From: Amylibacter sp.
GTDB lineage: Bacteria > Pseudomonadota > Alphaproteobacteria > Rhodobacterales > Rhodobacteraceae
NCBI GenBank assembly: GCA_965206885.1
Contig: CBDBLJ010000002.1
Location: 18,459 to 82,458 of the forward strand
DNA: 64,000 nt
Reading direction: 5' to 3'
Of this stretch, positions 19,701 to 30,581 are shown piece by piece. The translations under genes were made by a program, and so were the position numbers. The notes under the pieces were generated by a model. It saw only the letters and a program-made list of their open reading frames with translations, made no database searches and had not been told where the DNA came from. Numbering within the stretch: the stretch's first letter is position 1; the number at the start of each line of letters is the position of its first letter.

Positions 19701-21806
19701 TTAAACACACTCAGAACCGTCAATTTGGATCAAAGCATCAACGGCAACACAAGATTTTTCATATACAAACAAGGGGTTGATTTCGACTTCAACGATCTGT
19801 TCTACATTATCTAGGACAAATTCAGTTAGCTTTAAAAGGGTCTTACTAAGTATATCCAAATCAACTTTTTTGCTTCCGCGAAAACCGCTAAGAAGTTTGG
19901 AAACTTTTAGCGCGCTTAAACTGCGTCGTATCGTTTCGGAACTAGTTGGCAATAGTATCGTGTTCGCGTCACCAACCAACTCAACTAAAATACCACCACT
20001 GCCCAAAGTCATTGCATAGCCAAATTGTGGATCACGTCGAATACCAACAATCAATTCAGCCAACGGAGCTTTAGCCATACTTTCAATCAAAAACTGATCC
20101 GTGACAGCATCGGCATCATATTTTGCAACAGCATTTGTCATTTCGCTAACAGCCGCAACAATATCAGGCAAAGTCGACAAATTAAGCGTGACAGCGCCAG
20201 CTTCAGTCTTATGCACCAGCTTTGGGCCCATCATTTTAAGAGCAATCGGGAATTCAATTTCATGAGCGACGGTTGGCACTTGATCTACCTGAACACAACA
20301 CCCCTTAGGAACTAACACTCCAGCTTTTTCCAAAATACTTTTGCCCGAAACTTCATCTAATACAACAACGTTTTCGGTCTGAATTGGCGCGACAATAGCG
20401 TCCAATGAATTGGCCAAAATATGTACCCTTGCTTGTTCCCAGTCCGTTGCTGCGGAAATAGCATTTAATGCCTCATGAAGGCCTTGCATGGGGGCGACAC
20501 CAATAGAGATCAAATAATCGCGCGTTTGCTCGTCAATATTTTCAGGCAATGTCGAACATATAGCTGCTGGAATACCGACAGCAGCAGCGCCATCCGCAAA
20601 AGCTTTGGCATCATTTTGATAATAAACTTTAGACTCGTCCAACCCTGGAGCTGGATAATCCTGTACCAGAATGGCAGCGTCGCTTTTTGTACCCTCAAGG
20701 GCGCTCAGAAAAACTGGGGCCGTCAATTCTGGTTGTCCCCATATCGGTGTTGTATAATCTAACGGGTTTGAAACCGTGGCGATCGACGGCAACAGATTGG
20801 TCAAAACAGACACTTCCTTTATCGGGATTTCTGGAAAATCCAACCCAAGGATTTCACCTTGATCAGCCAACATCGTCGCCCCACCTCCTGAGCAGGTAAA
20901 ACCAGTCAATTTTTTGCCTTTCGGCGCCCCTGCAACACATAAATATTTAAGTGTTTCAAGAAACTGTGACGGGTTTGTTACTTTGATAACTCCAGTCCGT
21001 TCAAACAATGCATCATAAAGTTCGTTTGCTCCTGACAAAGAGCCCGTATGGCTAACCGTCAGGGAACTGCCAATTGCTGAACTTCCCGTTTTTAAAGCAA
21101 CGATTGGAACATTCAAAGACAATGATTTTAATGCAGCCTGCTCGAATTTGCGAATATCCTGCAATCCTTCAATGTGAACGCCTATTGCTCTCACTGCGGG
21201 GTTTTCACATAATAAATCAATGAAATCAGCCTGACCCAAAACTGATTGGTTCCCAGCTGAAATCATATGTGTCAAAGGCAAAGAGCGTTGGCTCATCGTG
21301 ATATCAGATGAAAACATCCCACTTTGCGTAATGATAGCGGCCCCATAACCAGGTGCCCCACCACCATGAGCAAAGGGCCAAAGCGCGGAATTATCCAAAT
21401 AATTAATCATGCCGTAGCAATTTGGCCCGATTAAGGCCATGTCGCCCACAGCATTTAACAATTCGGCTTCAGCCGCAATTCCATCTGCGCCAGCCTCTTT
21501 AAAGCCCGCAGCATAGCAAACAACACCTCCAGCACCCATTTCAGCAAGGGCACGCACCGTTTCAATTGCAGCATGTGCAGGCACCGCAAGGAAAACTGCA
21601 TCTGGAGCTTCAGGCAAATCATCAACGGAAGAAACACAAGGAAAACCAGCTAAGGTACTGCGCTTAGGGTTTACGGCCCAATACTGCCCCGTGTAGCCTC
21701 GTCGTTTAGCCTCGCCAATTGCGATAACAGCGTCCGTTCCCCCAATAAAAGCAATGTGGCGCGGGTTCATCAAGCGGTTAAAGTTTTTCCGTAATTCAGG
21801 TATCAT
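19701..21806 (-). CDS. ADP-forming acyl-CoA ligase, fused alpha/beta; candidate gamma-butyrobetaine-CoA ligase (BcoA/B-like)
   Basis: IGPNCYG, TQSG, SAGNQ, VSHTGSL, NPLDY and ATP-grasp HKTEAGAV, EVEINPL motifs; ATGA overlap with the upstream dehydrogenase. Confidence 0.82.
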   Translation of the reverse strand: MIPELRKNFNRLMNPRHIAFIGGTDAVIAIGEAKRRGYTGQYWAVNPKRSTLAGFPCVSSVDDLPEAPDAVFLAVPAHAAIETVRALAEMGAGGVVCYAAGFKEAGADGIAAEAELLNAVGDMALIGPNCYGMINYLDNSALWPFAHGGGAPGYGAAIITQSGMFSSDITMSQRSLPLTHMISAGNQSVLGQADFIDLLCENPAVRAIGVHIEGLQDIRKFEQAALKSLSLNVPIVALKTGSSAIGSSLTVSHTGSLSGANELYDALFERTGVIKVTNPSQFLETLKYLCVAGAPKGKKLTGFTCSGGGATMLADQGEILGLDFPEIPIKEVSVLTNLLPSIATVSNPLDYTTPIWGQPELTAPVFLSALEGTKSDAAILVQDYPAPGLDESKVYYQNDAKAFADGAAAVGIPAAICSTLPENIDEQTRDYLISIGVAPMQGLHEALNAISAATDWEQARVHILANSLDAIVAPIQTENVVVLDEVSGKSILEKAGVLVPKGCCVQVDQVPTVAHEIEFPIALKMMGPKLVHKTEAGAVTLNLSTLPDIVAAVSEMTNAVAKYDADAVTDQFLIESMAKAPLAELIVGIRRDPQFGYAMTLGSGGILVELVGDANTILLPTSSETIRRSLSALKVSKLLSGFRGSKKVDLDILSKTLLKLTEFVLDNVEQIVEVEINPLFVYEKSCVAVDALIQIDGSECV

Positions 21807-22963
21807 GCGCCTAAGGGTCTTAAAATTGATCGTGTTATGATGTGGCGTTGAATTTCCGATGTTCCATCCCAAATACGCTCAATCCGACTGTCGCGCCACA
21901 TGCGTTGAATAGGCATCTCTTCCATCAAGCCCATACCCCCATAAATTTGTACGGTATCATCTGCAACCTTGTGCAGCATTTCAGAACAAAACACCTTAAC
22001 CATCGCTGCATCTTGATCTTCTAAGGTGCCCGCATCTGCACGGCGGACGGCATCAAATACCAACAAATCTGCTGCGCGCAGGCCGATTGTCATATCTGCT
22101 AAACGAAATCCTGTCGCTTGGAAGCTGCCAATAGGTTTACCGAACTGTTTGCGGTTTGCGGCCCAATCTGTGGCCAATTCCAACATGCGCTCTGCCTTGC
22201 CACAACATGTGGCCCCGACCCAAATCCGGCCCATGCCAAGCCATTGACCCGCCAGTTCAAAACCGCGACCTTCTTCGCCCAGAACTTGGCCAGCCCCTAG
22301 ACGTACATCTTCGAAGATCAACTCATAGGTTTTATATCCGCGATTGCTAACGCATTTATTACCTTCGCGAAAAGTCACACCTGGCATATCGCGGTCCACC
22401 AAAAACGCCGTTATGCGTTTGCGAGGGCCGCGCTTGGTTTCATCCATTCCTGTGACAGCAAACACAATGGCGAAATCAGCCATCGTCGGTGCTGAGATAA
22501 AATGCTTGGATCCGTTCAAAATCCAATCATCGCCATCGCGTTTTGCGTTGCTGCGCATACCCATCGCATCGGAGCCTGCTTCGGGTTCAGTCAAACCGAA
22601 CAACTCACGCTTTTCACCCATCACACAGGGGTTTAGATATTTCTCGATCTGATCCCCTTCGCAAGCCATCAACAATTCTGTTGGCCGCGCAATCCAAGAG
22701 TGTAATGCGTGGCTGGTACGACCGAATTCACGTTCAATCACCGCCATTTGCGTATGGTTCAGCCCCCCACCGCCCACTGCTTCAGGCATGTTAGCCGCAT
22801 AAAGCCCTAACTCTTTTGCCTTGGCTTCAATATCACGCCCGATTTCATCAGGCACTTCACCAAGGCTATCCACCATTTCTTCATGGGGGATAACTTCCTT
22901 TTCAAAGAAATTGCGCACGGTATCGCGCAAAAGCTCATCTTCATGGGACATAGGTATGGTCAC
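21803..22963 (-). CDS. Acyl-CoA dehydrogenase; candidate gamma-butyrobetainyl-CoA dehydrogenase (BcoC-like)
   Basis: LTEPEAGSD, NGSKHFIS, RKQFGKPI and RIWDGTSEIQR motifs; context of carnitine genes. Confidence 0.85.
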   Translation of the reverse strand: MTIPMSHEDELLRDTVRNFFEKEVIPHEEMVDSLGEVPDEIGRDIEAKAKELGLYAANMPEAVGGGGLNHTQMAVIEREFGRTSHALHSWIARPTELLMACEGDQIEKYLNPCVMGEKRELFGLTEPEAGSDAMGMRSNAKRDGDDWILNGSKHFISAPTMADFAIVFAVTGMDETKRGPRKRITAFLVDRDMPGVTFREGNKCVSNRGYKTYELIFEDVRLGAGQVLGEEGRGFELAGQWLGMGRIWVGATCCGKAERMLELATDWAANRKQFGKPIGSFQATGFRLADMTIGLRAADLLVFDAVRRADAGTLEDQDAAMVKVFCSEMLHKVADDTVQIYGGMGLMEEMPIQRMWRDSRIERIWDGTSEIQRHIITRSILRPLGA

Positions 22964-23002
22964 GATCTTCTCCTAATTTATAATATTGAGAACTGAGGGG
23001 GC

Positions 23003-23899
23003 TTATCCGATTGGATCTGCACCACGCAGTTTCAATTTGTTGCGCGCTTCTTGCGGCGTAAGAGCTCTACCACCCATGCGCTCGATAATTTCGACGACCC
23101 TCGTAACCAGCTGCCCATTAGTTGCAAGCACACCTCGATCCAAATAGATGTTATCCTCAAGGCCAACGCGAACATTACCACCCATTGCTACAGCAGCGGC
23201 TGCCATAGGCATTTGCATGCGAGAAATACCAAAGCTCGCCCAGCTGGCATCATATGGAATATGATCTTTCATGGCTTTCATGGTATCGATGCTTTGATCC
23301 GCACCCCATGGAATACCCAGACAAATCTGAAACATCGGTGGATCTGCGATTAAACCTTCTGCAATCATTTGCCGTGCAAACCGGATATGTCCCAACTCAA
23401 ACACTTCCAATTCTGGTTTCACACCCCATGATCGTGTCAGTTCAGCCATTTTGCGCAATGTAGGGGGCGTTGAAATATAAATTTCATCCCCATCGCCAAA
23501 ATTCAGTGCTCCACAATCAAGCGAGCAAATTTCTGGCAAGCACTCTTTGATATGTAACAGGCGTTCTTCTGGCCCAATCATGTCAGTGCCAGGACCTGGC
23601 ATTGCGGGATTATCTGCACTTGGTACCCAATCCCCGCCCATACCCGCAGTCAGGTTAATCACGACATCCGTATCACTATCCCGAACGCGGTCCACGACTT
23701 CTTTGAACAATGCAGGATCCCTTGAACCTTTGCCTGTTTCGGGATCGCGCACATGAAGGTGCGCGATTGCTGCACCTGCTTTGGCGGCCTCGATTGCAGC
23801 ATCCGCAATCTCTTTGGGGGTCACGGGAACATGCGAACTGCGCCCAGTAGTATCTCCAGCACCTGTTACTGCACAGGTCACAACGACATCATAATTCAT
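23003..23899 (-). CDS. cdhC: BKACE-family 3-dehydrocarnitine cleavage enzyme
   Basis: TCAVTGAG...[43 protein letters not shown]; lies in a cluster with lcdH. Confidence 0.8.
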   Translation of the reverse strand: MNYDVVVTCAVTGAGDTTGRSSHVPVTPKEIADAAIEAAKAGAAIAHLHVRDPETGKGSRDPALFKEVVDRVRDSDTDVVINLTAGMGGDWVPSADNPAMPGPGTDMIGPEERLLHIKECLPEICSLDCGALNFGDGDEIYISTPPTLRKMAELTRSWGVKPELEVFELGHIRFARQMIAEGLIADPPMFQICLGIPWGADQSIDTMKAMKDHIPYDASWASFGISRMQMPMAAAAVAMGGNVRVGLEDNIYLDRGVLATNGQLVTRVVEIIERMGGRALTPQEARNKLKLRGADPIG

Positions 23900-24574
23900 C
23901 TAATAGTTCTCCCTATTTTTTAATCACTTTGAAAGAGCTACATTTTTGGAGTATAGATTTATCGTCAATTTAATATTTTTTTGACGTATATTTGTACTTA
24001 ATCATATTATTTTAAACGCCATTAACCTTACTATAAACTCGATTATCCTAAGCCTAATTCAACTAGAGAATGTATCCCTTTCCTATCTAAAACCTGTATT
24101 TTTATGAAGTTAAGATGAAAACGCTACTTTGCATTTTGCAAAATAATAGTATTTATCAACTGGTAGATTGGCAGATCTATATGTTATTACTGCCAATCTA
24201 AATAGCTTTAAGGAACAGTTGTCCTACAATTTATGAGAACCACCACCGTTCAGAACTTTTAGCACCGTCCATGGCCCAATTACTCGCGATTACATCTGGG
24301 TGGGAAACCCGTTTATTCAAGCCATGTACAAGATTTGCGAACCCCCATACCACAGCACCACCGTCTTCGTTGTGAAGTTTCTGGCATTCCCAGTACATCG
24401 CTTTGCGCTTTTCGTAATCCAGCTCGCCGCGTGCTGCGATTACAAGCTCATTGAAGCGGTCAGCTGCTGGTGTGCCTTTCCAAGCAGTGTCGTTCCATGA
24501 GGAACCCTCAACACAACAGGCTGAGAACATCCAGTCATTAGTTGGACGGCCTGCCCATGTGCTTGTAACCCAAC

Positions 24575-25790
24575 CACGGCAATCGCTTGAAGATTTCAGC
24601 CTTCACCTTTGATTGCGGCTTTTAGGTAACTATCATCCCAAGCGGCTGTTTTTCTTCGTATTTTCAGACTGGCCGTATCGCCGACTTGCTTGAAGATGTT
24701 GATTGCACTATGTCGCATCAGAGCCATGTTGGCGGGGCCATTTTGGGTCCGCAAGCGCATCAGGTCGTCGTGAAACACCACATCCATCACCCAGTGCAGG
24801 CGATTTTCCACACCCCAATGGGCGCGTGTGGCGCGCAGGAATTGCTTGGCTGAGAGCGGTGCGGAGGACAGATAGTAACGTCGCGAGAAACTGGTTTTAC
24901 CTTTGTGTTTGACCTCGGCCTCGATCATGCCGATAGCGGCGAGGCCTGGAAACCTTGGTGCGCCAGGCTCAGACCGATCAGGGCGCAGCCACTCTACATC
25001 ATGACTGACATAGGCACGACGGATTTCTATCCGCCCATGATCGGCATCGGTGGTTTCATGGGTTTCCAAACCACTGGTCTGGTCGAAATAGAGCCTCACC
25101 TCTTCATGCAGTGATTTTTGGTTGCCTTTAAGCGCCAAAAGATAGTCTGCGCCTTGTGCGAGGATCGCCGCAGCAATACCGTGTTGGCAGCCCATTGCAT
25201 CAATCGTGACCAGCGCGCCTTTCAACTCAAGCCGCGCCAGTAGTCGAGGTATCGCGCTGATTTCATTCTCTTTCTCGTCACAGGATTCTTGCCCCAAGAC
25301 CAATCTCTGACGCGTTGCCCAAGCTGAAACCAGATGCAGGGCGCGGCCATCCTCACCATGCGCACGGCGTGACGACTTGCCGTCAATTGCCACGATCTCA
25401 TCATCGCCATCGCGCAAGGCCGCAACCCAGGAAACGAAGCATTCGCTAAACAGGTCAGCGGGAATCGCGTTCATCACATCATTGAGCGTGTCATGAGATG
25501 GGATCCCATCTTTGAAGGGTAGAAACCCACGCAAGAATTTCAATTTTCGGTCCGCCCATCGGGCTATTTCGGCAAAATCATCAGCACCAGCCATAACACC
25601 GCAGAGCACAATCAGTAGGATTTCGGGTAGTGGATAAACAGTTTTCCAGCTCTGGCGTGGGTCTTCAATGGCAGAAAAATGGTCGAGGATATTGGCTGAG
25701 ATCATGGGAGGCTCCGAATGTCATTTCAATGACCAGAGAATCACATATCACCCGCTAAGGGAATCCCCACTTTTTCAAGCGATTGCCGTG
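24575..25790 (-). mobile_element. ISAs1-family insertion sequence, 1216 bp, copy 1
   Basis: Perfect 17-bp IR CACGGCAATCGCTTGAA; 10-bp TSD GTAACCCAAC at 24565..24574 and 25791..25800. Confidence 0.95.
24596..25705 (-). CDS. ISAs1-family transposase (369 aa)
   Basis: IEDPR...YPL.EIL, VAIDGKSSR, VTIDAMGCQ, LKGNQ and HWGVENRLHW motifs. Confidence 0.95.
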   Translation of the reverse strand: MISANILDHFSAIEDPRQSWKTVYPLPEILLIVLCGVMAGADDFAEIARWADRKLKFLRGFLPFKDGIPSHDTLNDVMNAIPADLFSECFVSWVAALRDGDDEIVAIDGKSSRRAHGEDGRALHLVSAWATRQRLVLGQESCDEKENEISAIPRLLARLELKGALVTIDAMGCQHGIAAAILAQGADYLLALKGNQKSLHEEVRLYFDQTSGLETHETTDADHGRIEIRRAYVSHDVEWLRPDRSEPGAPRFPGLAAIGMIEAEVKHKGKTSFSRRYYLSSAPLSAKQFLRATRAHWGVENRLHWVMDVVFHDDLMRLRTQNGPANMALMRHSAINIFKQVGDTASLKIRRKTAAWDDSYLKAAIKGEG

Positions 25791-27147
25791 GTAACCCAAC
25801 CTTTTCCTTGTTTATTCCAGACATTTGCCCAAAATCCATCATTCGGCAAATTCTTAACAGTGACATCAAGGCCAATACTTCCTAATGATCCCTGAATAAG
25901 TTGCGCAGAGTCTGTGGCGCCTTCAAAAGCTGCATTAGAAGCTAAAAGTTCAAGCTTCGCATCTCCATATCCAGATTTCTTAAGATGGTATTTGGCCTTA
26001 TCAGCATCAAACTCACGTTGTGGTAACTCAGTGTTGTAAAACTCTTGCGTTGGTGAAATATCATGGTCATTTCCAAGACTTCCGTGACCCCGAAAAACCT
26101 TATCAACCAACTCCTGACGTTTGACACCATATTTAATTGCCAACCTAAGGTCCACATTATCATAAGGCGGTGTATCTAGTCGCATGATTGTGTTGCTGTG
26201 CTGCGTACTTGCTGTTTCTAAAATCTTTAAATGCGGTGCCTGCTCTAACAAGTTAACTGTTTTAAGATCAACATGATCCACAGCGTCAATGTCGTCGTTT
26301 AGCAGTGCTGCTTGCCGTGAAGTCGGGTCCAAAAGTATGAGTGATTCAATTTGGTCAAAGTGCGCGCGACCTTCTTTCCAGTAGTTTGGATTACGCTTGA
26401 ATAGAGCCCGAACACCAGGTTCAAATTTTTCAAGGATGTATCCCCCAGTACCGATCCCGTTGCCAACGTTAATTTCACCGTCGCTACCAACTGGTAAAAT
26501 AACCGCATGATAGTCACTTAGCACCCATGGGAAATCTGCGTTCGGAGCCTCCAGTTCCATAATAACAACATAGTCACCCTCTTTACGCATAGATTTAATC
26601 TGAGCAATCAAAGATTTAATCGCTGATGCACTTTCTTCACCGCGATGGCGATTAATAGAAGCAATCACATCATCTGCATTGAAAGTTTTGCCATTGTGAA
26701 ATTCTACACCTTTGCGAAGATTGAATTTCCATGTCTTTGCATCATCTGTTTCGATACTCTCGGCCAACTCACCCTTCAAAGTACCGTCACTCTGCACTTC
26801 TGTAAGATTATCACCCCAAGTATAGTTAATGTTGATCATTGCATTGGAACCCTCGTTAGTCATCGGATCCAAACTATTATTGGTAGAACCAGTCGCAAAA
26901 GCCTGACGAAGTATGCCGCCTTGCTTTGGGGTCGCTGCTTGAGCTGCATCTGCCATTGAAAGCGCTGCGGGTATTGTGATACCAGCAGCCACCATAGAGC
27001 TCATAAATTGTCGGCGGTTAATTGCCCCTGTCACAAATTTTCCCTGTTGAGTATTGATAAACTTATCACGCATTTAGTTTCCTCCCAGATCATGCATTTA
27101 GTTCTATTCGTATACCCTCAGCTTTATCTAAAACCATGAAGCATGCA

Positions 27148-27180
27148 TTTTCGACAAAATTGTCTTCATTCTGTCGAAAA
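27148..27180. promoter_or_regulatory. Candidate operator TTTTCGACA-N15-TGTCGAAAA upstream of the SBP gene
   Basis: Perfect 9-bp inverted repeat. Confidence 0.55.
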
Positions 27181-27675
27181 GACTATGTTCTCAGTTTTGA
27201 GCAACACAAAATTCAATATATTCTCTTTTTCCGTATACAGGTAATCTTTGTTGCTTCTTCTGATCCATCATGAAAAGTGCCAAACTATTTATCGCAGAAC
27301 CATTAAACTCCACCATAATTATATTCATAATTTCCATGGCTATATCGGTAAAAAACAACCCACTCAAAAAGCGCGGTTTATCTTTCATCCCAATTACTTC
27401 GTATCAGGAGGCAAACTCCGATACCCTAAGAAATTGCGAAGAAATGTCATGGCCTTGGAAAAATTATCTGATGTTACGAATAATAAACCTAAGTACGGCT
27501 CGAATATACAAATCAACTTCGGATCCAGTCTAGGTTTCCTTAGGAATGCAGAATGGTTGTTAGATAAAGTATTTATTATCCCTCAATAGATATATTCTAA
27601 ACTTCCAAAGTAATTCACCAATAATTCCCTCTTATTTTTTTCTATATTATGAGAACTCGAATATAAAACATATAC

Positions 27676-27708
27676 TTTTCGCCATATTATATACTATAAT
27701 GACGAAAA
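27676..27708. promoter_or_regulatory. Candidate operator TTTTCGCCA-N15-TGACGAAAA upstream of the AraC regulator
   Basis: Same half-sites and same 15-bp spacer as the site at 27148. Confidence 0.55.
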
Positions 27709-27747
27709 ATCTTACCTTATCACCTAAAATCCATACAAACTGCGTAC

Positions 27748-28818
27748 ATGGACAAACACACAAAAACACCACCACCTGCGCTTAGAATAGCTTGCGTTCT
27801 GATCCCGCGCTTCAATATGATGACCCTAACAGGGCTGCTAGAGCCTGCGCGTATAGCAAACTACCTTTCACCTTATAATTTGTTCACACATGAGTTTTAT
27901 TCGTTTGACGGTTCAGAGGTTTTTGCCAGTAATGGTATGTCAGTGACCTGCACTGAGCCACCCCAAAAACTTGGTCGAAACGATATCATTTTTGTACTTG
28001 GTAGCTGGGGTGGAGAACATTATTCCAATACGAAATTAATCTCATGGCTTAGATTACAAGCCAGATTAGGCGCACGCCTTTGCGCTGTTGAGCTTGGTAG
28101 TTATATTTTTGCACGTGCGGGCCTTTTAGCCGAAAAGGAAGTCACAACTCATTGGTCATACTTGGCAGGTCTTCAGGAGAAATTCCCAGACGTTATTGCC
28201 AAAGAACAAATATATACTGACAATGGGAAAATCATGACATGCTCTGGCGGGACGGCAGGTATTGACTTGATGCTCCATATCATCAGGCAGCAACACGGGG
28301 AGGAAATGTCTGCGGAAATAACAGATCAGATTATGTATCATTCCGCACGCAAAGAAGATGCGCCGCAACGCATATCGCTTGGGGGCAACATTGATACACT
28401 AACACCTAGCGTTCGCGCCGCCATAAGTATCATAGAAACTCAAATCAGCGAACCACCCAGCGTTCCCGAAATTGCAAAACATGTTGGTATTTCTCAACGC
28501 CAACTCGAACGGCAATTCAATAAAGTAATGGGCTGCAGTATTGTTCAGTTCGGGCTTTTGTTCCGGCTTCAACACTCGCGGGCCCTCCTCATATCGACAG
28601 AGCTCGGTATTCGCGAAATTGCCACTGCATCGGGATTTAATTCTTTATCACATTTTGCTTTCGCGTTTAAAAAATGTTTTGGTCGACGGCCCAGCGAATA
28701 CCGTGTTGCTTGGCCAGAACAGGATACTGCCCCGTACTGGCCTGGAACTATGTCAAGATTTATAGATAAGTTAGAAATGAGCCGACGCCTAAAACACGAC
28801 AAACCTACGAAACCTTAG
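27748..28818 (+). CDS. cdhR: GlxA-type (GATase1-AraC) transcriptional regulator, CdhR/GbdR-like
   Basis: N-terminal GATase-like domain (TTHW, TCSGGTAGIDLML) and C-terminal AraC HTH (GISQRQLERQF, SGFNSLSHF). Confidence 0.7.
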   Translation: MDKHTKTPPPALRIACVLIPRFNMMTLTGLLEPARIANYLSPYNLFTHEFYSFDGSEVFASNGMSVTCTEPPQKLGRNDIIFVLGSWGGEHYSNTKLISWLRLQARLGARLCAVELGSYIFARAGLLAEKEVTTHWSYLAGLQEKFPDVIAKEQIYTDNGKIMTCSGGTAGIDLMLHIIRQQHGEEMSAEITDQIMYHSARKEDAPQRISLGGNIDTLTPSVRAAISIIETQISEPPSVPEIAKHVGISQRQLERQFNKVMGCSIVQFGLLFRLQHSRALLISTELGIREIATASGFNSLSHFAFAFKKCFGRRPSEYRVAWPEQDTAPYWPGTMSRFIDKLEMSRRLKHDKPTKP

Positions 28819-29756
28819 GCCGTGTCGCGCAATGCACGAAGAACCGCTACGATTTGTCGGTCACGTTTTGCTGCCATCTCTTCAAATCCACGGTCACCCG
28901 CAACCTCATTACATCCATCAACCATTCGGTCGCGGAGTTCTTTTGTAAGGTCTGGTGCTTCCAACCGTGTCCATGGCAACTTCAATGCTGGTCCAAACTG
29001 GTCAAGGTTAGTTGCCATTCCACCAGCACCACAGGCCACGTGGAATGCCATACATTGACCTTGCGCAGCCATGCGCGGAGCAGGCCCATTCATCAGCGCT
29101 ATATCGATGTCTTCTGGCGTTGCTTCACCATTTGCCACCATATGCAAGGCTTCACGCCACAATGCTTCTTGTAGCCGAGTTGCCACGAAACCAGGGATTT
29201 CTTTCTTCATAATCAAAGGCGCCTTGCCCGCGATCTCATAAAATTCACCTGCCCATCTAACGGCTTCTGGATCAGTTTTCTTACCGCCTACAATCTCGAC
29301 CAGCGGTAACAGATAAGGCGGATTAAATGGATGTCCAATAACTGTACGCTCAGGCGTTGAGCATTGTGTTTGAATATCTGTCATCATCAAGCCAGAAGTG
29401 GATGAGCCGATCACAACATTCGCAGGAACAACTCGCCCTAATGTTTCATAAAGCGCTTGTTTCATTTCCAAGTTTTCTGGTGCACTTTCTTGAATAAACT
29501 GTGCGTCTTTCACCGCCTCTTCCAAATCCGTTACAATCCTCAACCGGTCTCGCGACGCGCTGGGTGCCAGACCAAGGTCGGTTAAACTTCCCCAAGCCGT
29601 ATCAAGTATTGCCATAAAGGCAGGTGTTTCCGATTCATCATGTAGATAGAGCGTTACATCATATCCGCGAGCCAAAAAATGTGCAGCCCATCCACCGCCG
29701 ATGGGCCCGCCACCAATGCTGGTGATGCGGGATATAGTCTTGGGATTGGGATACAT
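28815..29756 (-). CDS. lcdH: L-carnitine dehydrogenase (3-hydroxyacyl-CoA dehydrogenase family), no thioesterase domain
   Basis: IGGGWAAHFLARG, FIQESAPENL, SSTSGL, GHPFNPPYLLPLVE and GFVATRLQEALWREALH; next to cdhC and caiD. Confidence 0.8.
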   Translation of the reverse strand: MYPNPKTISRITSIGGGPIGGGWAAHFLARGYDVTLYLHDESETPAFMAILDTAWGSLTDLGLAPSASRDRLRIVTDLEEAVKDAQFIQESAPENLEMKQALYETLGRVVPANVVIGSSTSGLMMTDIQTQCSTPERTVIGHPFNPPYLLPLVEIVGGKKTDPEAVRWAGEFYEIAGKAPLIMKKEIPGFVATRLQEALWREALHMVANGEATPEDIDIALMNGPAPRMAAQGQCMAFHVACGAGGMATNLDQFGPALKLPWTRLEAPDLTKELRDRMVDGCNEVAGDRGFEEMAAKRDRQIVAVLRALRDTA

Positions 29757-29758
29757 AG

Positions 29759-30562
29759 TTATTCGCCTTTAAAATTCGGTTCGCGTTTTTCAACGAAAGC
29801 GGCAACACCTTCTGCCGCGTCATCTGACTTTAGCATTTTACGATAAGTCGGCATCGGGTCGGTGCGCATTTTATAGAATGCTTGTTCTAGCGGCACACAT
29901 TCAATGGCCCGTTGCACTTCTTTCACGCTTTGCATCGCAAGGGGGGCTGACCATGCAATGGACGCCGCCCACTCGCGCGCTGCTTCCATCAAGTTTTCTT
30001 TCGGCACCACTTTATTAACCAACCCATATTGTGCGGCTTCTGACGCTTTCATACGGCGGCCAAGCAAAAACATTTCCATTGCAATATTATGAGGGATGCG
30101 ACGCGGTAAACGTTGCAAAGCACCTGCATCTGGCACAATACCAAGCGGCATTTCGGGCAACCCAAATTCCACATGGTCGGCCGCGATCAACAGATCACAT
30201 CCCAGTGCCAATTCAAAACCACCACCGATGACCAAACCGTTCAAGGCCGCAATAACGGGTTTGTTTAAGGACCAATTCTCTGTTAGTCCCGCAAAACCTC
30301 CTTCACCGTAATCAGCTGTCTCCCACCAGTTATCCAATTGCATCTCGCCAGAGTTCAATGCCTTCAAATCCCAACCAGCCGAGAATATCTTGTCGCCCTC
30401 GCCCGTCACGATGCCTACGCGCAGCTCTGGATCATCGCGAAGCTCGGCAAAGGCCGCTCCAATGGCTTGGCTCATCGGAATGTCGATAGCGTTCACTTTG
30501 GGTTTATTCAGTTTTACTTCCAGAACATGGCCGTTCCGGGTTATTTCTACACCGTTTGTCAC
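29759..30562 (-). CDS. caiD: Crotonobetainyl-CoA hydratase / carnitinyl-CoA dehydratase
   Basis: FSAGWDLKA, GGFAGLTE, KPVIAA.NG...GGGFELAL and LPE..LGIVPD match the recalled CaiD sequence. Confidence 0.82.
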   Translation of the reverse strand: MTNGVEITRNGHVLEVKLNKPKVNAIDIPMSQAIGAAFAELRDDPELRVGIVTGEGDKIFSAGWDLKALNSGEMQLDNWWETADYGEGGFAGLTENWSLNKPVIAALNGLVIGGGFELALGCDLLIAADHVEFGLPEMPLGIVPDAGALQRLPRRIPHNIAMEMFLLGRRMKASEAAQYGLVNKVVPKENLMEAAREWAASIAWSAPLAMQSVKEVQRAIECVPLEQAFYKMRTDPMPTYRKMLKSDDAAEGVAAFVEKREPNFKGE

Positions 30563-30581
30563 AGGTAGCTCCTTTTTTTAA

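Larger units (their letters stand above)
24231..27073 (-). pseudogene. Family-5 ABC substrate-binding protein (PrbA-like, Tat signal) split by ISAs1
   Basis: NRRQF twin-arginine motif; removing the IS and one 10-bp TSD restores ...GKGWVTSTWAGRPTNDWMFS..., giving 538 aa. Confidence 0.88.
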
